In this document: in pieces, positions 9,407 to 20,409 of the stretch
Layout of the letters: each line of letters begins with the position of its first letter
Numbering within the stretch: the first letter of the stretch is position 1
NCBI GenBank assembly: GCA_030167865.1
Contig: JALAGF010002086.1
Location: 1-64,000 of the forward strand
Reading direction: 5' to 3'
From: Craspedostauros australis
Lineage: Eukaryota
Length of the DNA: 64,000 bases
Program-made: the position numbers and the translations under genes
The notes under the pieces: generated by a model
The model's input: the letters and a program-made list of their open reading frames with translations, nothing else
What the model was told of the DNA's origin: nothing
The model's database searches: none

Positions 9407-12355
9407 TTACTTTACCACCGTTTTGCCTCTGAACATCAAACTGGCATCCGTGATCAGCATCTCCCCGCTTTTCATTGCTGTGACGGTTGTGCCTGCGCCG
9501 ATCTCCGCTATCCTCTTGTCCATCATGCTGCGCAGCCGCGTTCGTTCCTTCTCGCTGATCTGATTGTTGTTGTCGTCATGGGTCGGCACGCCTTGCTCGT
9601 CAAATTTGGTGTACTTCGGATGGCGATTCTGGCGCCTGTGCCGTGTTTCGACAGGATCGAAGCCTTCCTCCGCGGCACCGAACAATGCCCAAGATGGCGT
9701 GACCTCAGCGTAGTCTTTGACGGAGAAGGTGAAGGTGGGATCGGCCGCGTGTTTCGCGACGAGTTTTTGAAATTTGGGATAGTTGATCCACGTCTTCCAG
9801 ATCCGGCTGCCATCGGCGGCGGTGTCTGTGAATTGATCGACGCGAGCCAGCAGAACGCTGACAGAGTGCTTGTGCTCGCACGCAAAGTCGTACTCTGGCG
9901 GGGCATCCGGCCCTCCCGCCTCGCGGAGCTTGTCTAGCTCCACCTTGAGCTCCTTGACCAGGTTGATGACCTCGTGATGCCACGGAGTGTTGGACATGTT
10001 GAGATTGGATGCATCAGACTTGCCGCAGAATGTGACGCCCTTGACCTCTACCAGAGAGACCTTCCCGAGCGCAATCAACTTGGCGTATCCCGATACTTCG
10101 TCTGAGTTCCAACCCTTCACAACAGTGAGGCGTGCTACAGTCCGCTGTCCCCTGTCCTTGAGCAGGACCAGAGACTGCTGCAGCCGTTCCCATGCATCGG
10201 AGAACAATGGGCGATCCACCGCGATGAGGCTCTCTGGTGTGGGTGCATCCACGCTGACGTACAGCTGCGTCACTGGGATGAGGTCTCCGATTGCCTTGGG
10301 ATGCTGACCGTTGGTGACGAGGAAGGTGGAGATATCGCGTTCGTGCAGATCGGCGAGGAACTCGTTGATTCGCGGGTACATGATGGGCTCTCCCACAAGC
10401 GACAAAGCGCAATGACGCACGGTGTGCGCCTCCTTCCAACGTGACATGTTAACGCCTGGAATACCTTTGGCCTCCTTGATCATGCGGACATGCTCCTTGA
10501 CGGCCTCATCAACGATGTAATTGGGATCGTCCGTCTTCCACTTCCATTCTTTGCCCACGGGATTCTTGTGGTGTCGCCAGCAGAAGACGCACTTGTTGGC
10601 GCATGCCAGACTCGGCGTAGCCTCCATGCATTGGTATGATGTAATCTGTCATTCCAACACAGTGTGGAATCGCATAGACCAGATCAGACCAGATTGGCAC
10701 AATGCGTTGAGTTGCAGTGTGAGGCGATGGCGCAAAGTTTAAACATGCCATCAGTGAAATCAATTAAATGATGTAACGGGCAATGGAGTGAGTGAAATGG
10801 AATGACGCAGAAGGACGGTATGGCAGTTGATCGAGTTGGTACTCCACACCTGCTGGTCACAAAAGACAGCTTCCATATCAGTCAGAAATCAATGAATGAA
10901 CGGACGAAGCCACCGAGCTCTTTGCAATACAAAACTCACCCCATAGAATGTGTGCTTGTAGCACCCGCCTCTGTACCGATGTGGATTTCAACACGAGATA
11001 CCATCAGATGCCCGCGAGAAATGGGTCGATTGATTGACAAGAAGCAGCGAACTGGTGAGAAGAAGTGTTTGGTGAAGTAGAGCATGTGCGTTTGAAGACC
11101 ATCCAGCTCAATGCCCGAGGCAATGTTGCAGCACCAGTGCCTGTCATGTACGAAACACCACCACAGCATGCAACAGCCAGCAACCAGCAACGAACATCAA
11201 CAAGCGTAGAGCATGAACAACATACCTGCCACGCAGCTGATGCTTCGTCCATCGACAAAGCTTGACGGCGCTGTGCGTGCCAATGATGCGGTATCCTTCC
11301 TTCTTTAAAGCGACTGCCTGGGTTTTGGTGACCATCTCTCGTCGCTCCGACTTGCCGTTGATGACGACAGTGCCTTCGTCTCCATCATCGTCGTCATCGC
11401 CGCCATTTTCACCATTCTCTTCCTCTTTCGCCTTTTTCATGGAGGTGCCCATATCTTCCACATCCACCACATCCGGTTCCTTCTTTTCTTCCTCTTCTTC
11501 GGCTTCGTAATCCACGATGAGTTGCGGAAGGATGTCGTGATGCAACCACGATTGCAGCACCCGGTCCTCATTGCCCACCGCGTCATCTCCGACTCGCACC
11601 TTCCGCCCGAAGGTGGTCGCACCCAATGATCGCAATTTTTGAAAGGCCTCCTTGGCCGGCATGCCCATGGTGTTGTCATCGTAATCCGAGCATCCCATGC
11701 CAAGCACACCGATGCGCAGCTTGCGTTTCAGCGGGAATTTCTGGATGCGCCAATCGCTCTTGAGATCGTCCAGCGCTGTTTGCAGACAAGTCGACGAAGA
11801 TGGCCAGGAGCCGCCGTGATGTGTGGGGATAAGGATGAGGAGGACGGGATGGCTGTCGGCATCCTTGGGTACGATCTCTCCGTCGTCCTCGTTGAGCAAT
11901 TCATCCCACCAATCCCAGCTCTCCAACCGGCCGAGGTGGATGGTCTTGTCGGTGATCTTTTCCAATTCGAATTTGAGCTTGGCAGCCAGCTTGGCGCACG
12001 TTCCAGTGACGGAGCCGTGTGCGATGGTGATCTGATTCGAGACCAGGACGCGTGGCATGTCCTCCGCATCCAGATTGCTGCCTCCGTTGTTGTTGTTGTT
12101 GTTATTGTTGTTGGGAGAGTTCTCATCATTTGGACTGATAATCAATCCTTTGCCAACCACCTGCACAGGTGCATCGAATCCGTCCATGCCAATGTCCTCA
12201 TCGCCTTGTGATGCGCTGTGCTTCGTATCATCCGCACTCTTGCTTCCACCATTGCCTTTGCTGGTCTTGCGTTGCATGTACCATGCCACGGCTGCACCTC
12301 CAATTGCCAGAGAGATGACGGAAAGCAACGGCATCTGCGCGCTTCTGCTGGTCAT
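9407..12355 (-). CDS. TYW1: tRNA wybutosine-synthesizing protein 1 (flavodoxin + radical SAM), 3 exons
   Basis: Exons ~12355-11226, 10970-10940 and 10645-9407 splice to GYRIIGTHSAVKLCRWTKHQLRGR|GGCYKHTFYG|ITSYQCMEATPSLACANKCVFCWRH (CxxxCxxC). Also HCALSLVGEP and VEVKGVTFCG. N-terminal TM plus flavodoxin (HGSVTGTC, GMGCSDY). The exact start codon is uncertain. Confidence 0.93.
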
Positions 12356-12981
12356 GGTTGATGTTGTCGTTGCCGGCAACAGCTGTCGCTCGTTCGCTTG
12401 TCCAACTCAATCTCGACCTCAAAGGGAGGGTCGGTTTGTTCTCGATGGTCAACGCAACAGAAAGAGAGAGAGAGAGAGAGTGGATGTTGGTGTTGGTGTC
12501 AATGCTTCTCGTGTGGTGCGCTGTTGATGACAGTGTTGATGATGTCGATGTTGGCGATGTTGTTTGTGCGATCAACCGATTCTCTTGTGTTCAATTTGTG
12601 GTGGTTGCACTGCAATTTTGTGCGATAGCGGTGGTTTCGCAGAAGTGAGCGTTTTGTGTTTCGTTTCTTGTTGTTGAGTGGTTGGGTTTGAGTCGATTGG
12701 ATCGATCGAAACGTGCGAAACTGTGGAGAAGTCTAAAACTAAACATAGAGATGATGAAGTACACGTCTGAATTTATGATTGTGCACTCTCGGCAAGTTGC
12801 CGTTCTAGCCTGTTTGAATGGACACGATCGTCAGACAGGGCAGGAGAGTGTTGATACAGTGTCTGTAATTACCAGAGAAGGAAGTCCTGCATGATACTCT
12901 CCTGTATTTGCTGATGCCATCAACATGGTCGGTACTCTCTGTTGCAATCATATTAAAAAAGGTCTTGCCGCGAGTACTGCA

Positions 12982-13920
12982 TCACAATATCCCAACCCGC
13001 GTGACTTCCATCCGCCGCAACAGCTTTCCTTCGTACAGCTTATCGACGCGCGAGTCGCCGAAACTCTTGGCGACGCCGCGAAAGACTTCGCGTTGCGAAT
13101 TGAAGACGGCCGTGGCCACGACGCCGGTATCGTCGTATCTGGGACGTTCCATCTTGTAGGTGGGCAGATCCTGCAGGAGATCCAAGAATTGCGCCGTTTC
13201 GGGCGTCCATATCAGCTGTCCAAAGACGCCGTGCGTCGCATCGAGGGCCGGCGCGGCGCGTGTCGTGATGGCGAAGGAGGGTGCGAGATCCAGGTTGCGA
13301 TGCGTCAGCAATCCCTTCGTCGTGTGCGATAGGTGCGTGCGCGGGTCGACCCAGAGCTTGGCCGGCAGGATGCGCGTGCCGTACTTGAGGGCCGAGCTGC
13401 CGCTGACGTCGGCGACGCGCAAGGATGGGATGTAGCCGCCATTGAGGAGGCCGTACTCTTGGTCCAAGCTGGAGAAGGTCGATCGGCTGTACGACGGCAT
13501 GGGATTGTCAATGACGTCCATGGGGGCCATGTTTGGGTCCGTGACGTAGGAGAGGAACTGTTTGACCGCGTTGGGCGCGACGTCTCCGTAGAGACCGAAG
13601 GTCAATCGCGTCTTGAGGACCCGGTTTTCGAAGGTGTCTGGCAGATCGTCGCGGTCGTAGAAGGAGCCATCCTGCCTTGCCACCCGAACGTCCATGAAGA
13701 CGCGGTCCGTGATTCTGACGTCCGGGAAGCTGGGCGATTGCAGGGCTGTGGCTTGGGCAGGGGCGGTGGCAGCTGAGGCACTGGGGACATCCAGGAGCTG
13801 CAGGGTTTGCAGGATCTGCAGCTGGACGGCGCTTCTGCGGTCCAGCATCAAGGCATTGGTCTGCGCCGTGAAGCACAGTGTCACAGCCAGCGATGCCACA
13901 ATGACTGCACTGCCTTTCAT
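12982..13920 (-). CDS. Divergent cyclophilin-type PPIase, probably in the thylakoid lumen
   Basis: Motifs ITDRVFMDVRV, LTFGLYGDVAPNAVKQF and LDATHGVFGQL. Signal peptide from ATG 13920 (MKGSAVIVASLAVTLCFTAQTNA), then DRR..ASA. Confidence 0.8.
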   Translation of the reverse strand: MKGSAVIVASLAVTLCFTAQTNALMLDRRSAVQLQILQTLQLLDVPSASAATAPAQATALQSPSFPDVRITDRVFMDVRVARQDGSFYDRDDLPDTFENRVLKTRLTFGLYGDVAPNAVKQFLSYVTDPNMAPMDVIDNPMPSYSRSTFSSLDQEYGLLNGGYIPSLRVADVSGSSALKYGTRILPAKLWVDPRTHLSHTTKGLLTHRNLDLAPSFAITTRAAPALDATHGVFGQLIWTPETAQFLDLLQDLPTYKMERPRYDDTGVVATAVFNSQREVFRGVAKSFGDSRVDKLYEGKLLRRMEVTRVGIL

Positions 13921-13954
13921 TGTTGATGCTGTTGGTGTTGATGCTTGCTGAACG

Positions 13955-14020
13955 TGGATGTTGGTGTTGATGCTGTTGATGCTGTTGATGCTATTGGTGT
14001 TGATGCTGTTGGTGTTGATA
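13955..14020. repeat. Imperfect (GTTGATGCT/GTTGGT) tandem repeat in the cyclophilin 5' region
   Basis: gttggtgttgatgctgttgatgctgttgatgctattggtgttgatgctgttggtgttgat. Confidence 0.7.
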
Positions 14021-14946
14021 GCAGAATCCTTTGTTCTTGTCATGTCGTGTGTTGTCTCCAGTTGTTTGGCCTGTCGCTTGACAACCCAGGCGCAGCGAAA
14101 CACGTTTGCTTTGTTGATGATGAAGGCGAAAGATCGGCATTCTCCACCATCGTCATCTCGCCCTTCGCCGCCACCGAAATTGAAGAGAAAGAATGCAAGG
14201 TAACGTTTGCATGACGTCACGATGACGACTCCACCGCTCACTTTCGCCTTGGCCGTGAATGAAAAATGAATCACGTCCGAACGTTTGGTTTCGCCGAAAA
14301 TGGTGAAAAGACATTCGCGAACACGACACACACACACGAAGGAGTTTCGGAATCAAAAAGCACTCCGCAAATTCAGCACATCTCCGAGCGCAATTTTTGG
14401 TGGCAGCGAGGGCGGGAAAGTACACACACGCGCGATGGGCGCAAGCGCAAGAGGAGAGAACACGGGAAAGAGAAGTGTCGAGTGTCGAGTGTTGAGTCAC
14501 CCCATCGGCATCGCTGCTCTGTGGTCGCCGTCATTGTCATCATTGTCGCCATTGTCGCCTCTGCCATCATCAACGCCGTGCATCTGTCAGCGGAAGAGGC
14601 ATCGAAGACACAGCGTGACATCGACACATCAATGCCAATAGAGTGGTGCACACAATAGTCGTGCCGTGCCATCACTGTCGCCTGCAGCCATTGAGAAACA
14701 AGAGCGCGCGCAGAAGTGGAGGTAAACGAGAAAAGAGATTCCCACGAAGTTCACACGACCAACAGAGTCCGCGGAGGAACACACCAAACAGCGATCAGAA
14801 CAGACCAACCCATCACACTATTATTCGATCTACCTCCAGCATTCCTGTCACACTGCGGCATCACACATTATCACATCGTTGGATATCGTTGGATATCGGT
14901 GGACACCAACAACGCTTGAATACAATACTGTACGAACAGACACACC

Positions 14947-16530
14947 ATGACAGACCAGGACGAACATCAGCATCAGCAGGACGCAGAAGCAGAAGCAGAG
15001 ACACGCAGCATGCCCAGATCGCCATCATCCCCGAATGTGACCATGAGGTTGGAAATGCCAGTGATTTCAAGCAGCAGAGTGCGGAAGTTCTCGTCGTGCG
15101 GCTCCTTTGCGTCCGATCTAGACCTGTCAGGCAGAGGAGCAGCTGATGTGCTCAACGTCGCATCGACGGAGGAGAGTCAGGATGCAGACCGTGACCATAG
15201 TGTTGACCAAAGTCTTGGCAATGGTGTCAGCAGCGACACTGGCATCAACAGCGACGACGATGAAAATGACGCGTCCTTCCTGGCGCTGTGCGACGACAAC
15301 GAAAGGTTACGCAACGAGGTGTCGAGGCTCAAAGTGCACATAGCCCTGCTGCAGAGCAAGTTGAAGAAGCAGCGGTTCACTGGCAGTTCGGCTCAGCTGA
15401 CGCATGATCAGACGACAAACCGATACGCACACTCGCCACTATCCAAGTTCGCATCATCGCCAGCACGGACAGCATCGCCGTTGCCGCCACCACCAGTTCC
15501 GCAACGTACCACAGTTTCCATCCTCATCGATCTGCCTGCCTCCTTGCGTCAGGCCGCGGCCAGATTCACCGCGTACCGCCGGGAAACGTCCGTCACCAAC
15601 AAGTCGCATCAGAGCTTCCCCACGGATGACGACGTCGACACGCTGGAGCCCGAAGTGGATATCGAAATGTTCGAAAGTGCAAACGGATTGCACCATCGCA
15701 GCAACAGCCATCCCAACCCGCAGCCTCGCATGCCAGTGGCGTTGCCAAAGGGGAATGCCACGACGCTAAGCCAACATCCACTCAAACAGGAATCCTTCCC
15801 AGACGACAATGGCGATGATTCCGACAACATGTCCATGGGCGCCAGCGAATTCGCAGGTCTCATCAAACCTGCCGACGCCGACACCACGCTAACGACGGCC
15901 AACGACATCCGGCGCACGCAGTCTCGCAGCGACGATCCTTCTGCCGGAGACTCGTCCTACGGCGATGTCCAGGAACGCGCCGGTTGGTTGGTCGGACTCC
16001 TCGTCCTGCAATCCATGTCCTCCTTCATCATCGCGCGCAACGAATCCATGCTCAAGCGACATGCCGTCATCGTCCAGTTCCTCACCATGCTCGTGGGCGC
16101 CGGCGGCAATGCCGGCAACCAGGCCAGCGTGCGCGTCATCCGTGGTCTCGCCATCGGCACGGTCCACGACGGCAACGCGCGCACCTTCCTCGGAAAGGAA
16201 CTCATCATGGGCATCAGCCTCAGCTGCCTCCTGGCCGTTGCCGGTTTCATCCGCGCCACGGTCTTCAACGTCCCGCTTCTCGAAACGACGGCCATCACCT
16301 CCAGCCTCTTCATGATCGTCTTCATGTCCGTGGCGATCGGTGCCACGTTGCCGTTGGCCATGAAATTCGTCGGCATCGATCCGGCGCATTCCAGCACGAC
16401 GATTCAGGTCATCATGGATATTCTAGGCGTCACCATCACGGTCATCAGCTGCCGCGTCGTGCTGGGTTCGCAATTCGAGCCATTGGACGCTGCTCTCAAC
16501 AGCACGTTGGTGGCGTGTGTCGACGGGTAG
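14947..16530 (+). CDS. MgtE-family magnesium transporter (C-terminal integral membrane domain)
   Basis: Motifs ERAGWLVGLLVLQS, MLVGAGGNAGNQAS and GIDPAHSSTTIQVIMDILG. Long low-complexity N-terminus with a coiled coil. Confidence 0.85.
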   Translation: MTDQDEHQHQQDAEAEAETRSMPRSPSSPNVTMRLEMPVISSSRVRKFSSCGSFASDLDLSGRGAADVLNVASTEESQDADRDHSVDQSLGNGVSSDTGINSDDDENDASFLALCDDNERLRNEVSRLKVHIALLQSKLKKQRFTGSSAQLTHDQTTNRYAHSPLSKFASSPARTASPLPPPPVPQRTTVSILIDLPASLRQAAARFTAYRRETSVTNKSHQSFPTDDDVDTLEPEVDIEMFESANGLHHRSNSHPNPQPRMPVALPKGNATTLSQHPLKQESFPDDNGDDSDNMSMGASEFAGLIKPADADTTLTTANDIRRTQSRSDDPSAGDSSYGDVQERAGWLVGLLVLQSMSSFIIARNESMLKRHAVIVQFLTMLVGAGGNAGNQASVRVIRGLAIGTVHDGNARTFLGKELIMGISLSCLLAVAGFIRATVFNVPLLETTAITSSLFMIVFMSVAIGATLPLAMKFVGIDPAHSSTTIQVIMDILGVTITVISCRVVLGSQFEPLDAALNSTLVACVDG

Positions 16531-16898
16531 CGCGGTGTGCTGCGGAGTGGACTTCACATTGAAACTAAAGAATAGAGCACACAGGCAATGCAAGCTCACT
16601 TCGTCGATGGTCCCTCATTCGACTAGATAGCCTCGAGGCTGATGTACCAAACGTTGTTGCAACTGAAGAGGGAGTGCGTACAAAAGCAGAGCAGTGTGCT
16701 AGTTTGCATGCATGAGGGCGAACTGGTGGCATACACGCTGAATGTTGTCCAAACCATGTTTACGGCGTTGCTGAGGACAACAAGTATTCATGCCGTTTAT
16801 TCTCCTGCACTGCAAAGCACTGCATTGCACTGTAAAGCTGTGCAGGTTTACTTGTGTTTCTTTTCCAAGACAACTCCATGGCTGGCGCTTTCATTGCT

Positions 16899-19605
16899 CT
16901 AGGACATGTTGAAGGTCTCCATGTTAAGGGCACGGGCGGCATCCACCTGGGCCTGCGTCAGGGTGCGCATGGAACACAGCTCCTTCATCTCCTCCTTGGT
17001 TCGGCAATTCTCCAATCCCGTCTCATACAATCCAACCACCTCTTCGGCGGCGCTGAGATCCTTGGACATTCCCAGCTTCAGCTGACCCAGCTGCACGTAC
17101 GCCGCATTGAACTGCGGATCCACCTCCAAGGCTTTTTCAAGAAGATCGATGGCCTTCTGGGCCATTAGCATTTGCTCACCAGCCTGCGGCGGAGTGTTGA
17201 GCTCCGCGAGGGCAGCATTGACGTACGGGGTTGGGTTCTTCGGTTCCAGCTTCATGGCCTTCTCGAAGTGACCCTTGGCGCCATCGAAATCGTTCTCAGT
17301 GAACAACAACTCTCCGCGATACGACTGGACTTCGGAACTGTTGGGGTTGATCGCCTCGGCCTTCTCCAGATGCTTCTTGGCACCGGCTTGGTCATTCTTG
17401 GACGACAGGACCGCAGCCAATCGCAAGTGCGCCAACACGTGATCCGGTCTCAATTCCACGCATCGTTTCAGGTCCTCCTCCGCCTTTGGCAAATTCTGTT
17501 GGAGCATTCTCAGGTTGGCACGGTGCAGCAATGCATCAACAGCATCGGGATCGATGGACAGGGCCTTCTCAAACAGCTTCACGGCCTTTTCGTGGTTCAC
17601 CGCATCCATCGCAACTCCTGCTTGCTTCACCAGAACCTCGGCCTGCAATTACCACGATCATTGTCACGTTACAATTGTCATGTATTTGTCGTCATTGTTG
17701 CCGTCGTTTATTTGTCGAAAGTGCGCATCGTGAACCATAAAAGGAATCGTCGCCACCGTCGCAATTGTCACCATCCATTCAATTTGAACATCGGTATGAG
17801 TATGCACAGTTGATGTGAGTGTGTGTGAGCTGAGTGTTAGCAGACAAGTCAGATGTTCACTTCGAACATGAAGTCAGAGCGATGGGTCCGAATAGATTAT
17901 CGCAATGCATGGATAGCTGATTGCAAATAATCCATCATGCTGTTCTCTTCAAATGAAACATTCCAGTTTTGTTCCATTGCGTCCAATACAAAAGATTGAT
18001 CAATTGCTGCATGCCATGTGTTACAGCACTCTCCAAAAAGAAAAACAAGCAAAACCACATGAAACGATTTGAGCACATGACAGAATGCCTCCACTCACAT
18101 TCAATGGTTCCAACACGACGCATTTCTCGTAACAGCTGTTGGCACCATCCAAATCGAAAGCCCAATGCTTGATCATGCCGGTCCATTCCAGCAGGCGAGC
18201 GTAGTCGTCCTTGTCCATGGCATCAGAGACCTCCGGCTTGCCCTTGACGAGCTTGTAGGCCTCCAGGAGTGTTTGGCGGGCCTTGTCGTAATGTCCATCG
18301 TACACATGGCGTCGTCCCTTCTTCATCATGAGGCTGGCACGATCTGGGAGGTTTTCCGCTGGTGTTTTGGAAAGCTTGTCGTCGAGGGACTGCGCGGATC
18401 CGTCCTTGGCGGCCTTGGCCATCCATGCATTGTAGCCCGTGTAGCTCTTGAGGAGTTGCAAGACGGTGTAATCCGACGGCAAGGGAGTCGTTTCGGCATC
18501 CTGCTTATCAAGCTTGGTGGCCCATTCCTCGAGAACCTCCGGAACACACTTTCCGATCAAATCTTCGAGCTTCGTCTGTGGCACAGGCGGCGGCGAGGAT
18601 GGCGGGATGCCCATTCGCAGCTTGTCCCTGTTCTGCTGCATGTAGAGCAGCTGCATGGCGCAGACCTCGACGAGGGCGTTGTAGTACTGTTTGAGATCCT
18701 CCAGTATTCTCAATTTGCGGGTGCGCGCCTTGACGTGGTTGACATCGTACTCGTCCAGAACACGTTTGCAATCCTCCAGGGCCAGCTCCGGAAGATTTCC
18801 CTTTTCGTACATGGCCGCGCGGTTGTTGATGAGGGTCATGATTTGTCGCTTGAGCGTCGTCGACGCCTTGATGCCATCTCCGCTGTTGGTTTCGACGAAG
18901 TCCAGGGCATCTGTGAATGCTTGGGCTGCCTCAAGGAACTGCGTTAATCCCATTTGAAGGCAGCGGAATGTATTAGTAGTATGATACAGTGCATGATACA
19001 GCGTATGATACAGTGCACAGTGTAGGTTTGAGCGATTGGAATGAAGACGGGTGTGAGATGTGTGGAGATGTGTGACGATGTATGTGGAGATACGCGACTC
19101 TGCACACTTCAGCGTTGCAATGGAATGGAATGCAATGCAAGGCTCCACACTAGAGCACTCGAATCATTTGCCACATGCAAAGCTGCAATACGAGCGGAGA
19201 TCAACAAAGAGGACTGACCTTCTTCTCCTTGAAGAGCTTCTTTCCTTGCATGTCCATTTCTTCAATCCTAGTATGCAAGGTCTTGTCGTCCATCTTGCTG
19301 CTCTCCTTGGGCGGTGGGATGGAGGACATGGAGGACGATCCGGCGGTGGGCTTGGACTTGGCATCGCTGCTGATGTTGGATGTGGTGGCCGTGTCCGTGC
19401 TGAATCCAGAGATGGAGCCGCTGCGGCCCTTCGTCTTCGTCGTGCCGCCAATGCTGCGCGATTGCTGCTGCGGCGCTTCATCATCGTCGTCGTCGTTGCT
19501 GGCCTTGGCCTTGGCAGACGATGTGGCCCAGTACAGGATCAAACTGGCGGCGGCGGCCGCTGCCAATCCCGCGATCAGGAGTTGCTTGTTGGAGTTGGGA
19601 GCCAT
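16899..19605 (-). CDS. TOM70: Mitochondrial import receptor TOM70-like TPR protein, 3 exons
   Basis: Exons 19605-19219, 18938-18099 and 17642-16899 join in frame (GKKLFKEKK|FLEAAQAF..EPLN|AEVLVK). N-terminal TM anchor, clamp-type TPRs (NNRAAMYEK..ALEDC), PLPSD motif and C-terminal TPR array. Confidence 0.8.
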
Positions 19606-20409
19606 GGTGCGGTTGTATGGCGTGTTTGCTCGGGCACGTGTGGGTTTGATGGGAGGATGGCGCGATCTATGCTCTTACTCGTGGATTGGGTGCGAATGGA
19701 TTGGGTGCGATGTTGGATGCTTGTTCTGTCTCCAAATGGTTTTGAACGCAGCACTGGGACAGACAAGATCTATTATAAAATACTGCACCTGATACGTGCA
19801 CAAAGATGGGTACGGTCACGATGTGCGGAATGGCAAACACAGAGCAAGCAAGGGAGGAGAGTAGGTGAGGAAGGAAGCGAGAACACAGACATCCTCTCTC
19901 TCTCTCTGTTGCCTCGCTTCGCGAACGATACAACACGCACAAACACAGCACATAATCGCGTCCGAAGCAAGAAGATGACCATTGCTCTGGATCATGTGTT
20001 GGTTGTTTGGCGACGACCCAGAATCCAGAAAGGGCCAAAACACGCGCAAATCTTTTGGTTTCGTTGGTGATCGGATGTCGGACGGACGTGTTTGGGTTCC
20101 GTTTCATTCGGACTAATCGCAGATCCCGTCTTTTTTCAAAACAAGCACCAACACGAAACAGCGCTAACCGGAAAAAACAACGATTTTGCGCGCAACTGAA
20201 GCGGCGACCATGGCGCAACAGCGCCGCAAAGTTGTCGGTAAAAACACCGCGCTTCTCAACTTCTCCCTCCGACAACAACCGCCGCTGCGTCATTCGTCCG
20301 CCCTTTGCGTTGAATCTCTACCCACGGATAGGCAAGCTGAAGAACAGCAACAACAGTAACAACCACGACCTTGTCATAACAAAGGACAGCAGAAAGCACA
20401 ACAAGAAGG

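Noticed and set aside
19060-20070. 336-aa plus-strand ORF
   Set aside because: Antisense to TOM70 exon 1 and its leader, with non-protein-like composition.
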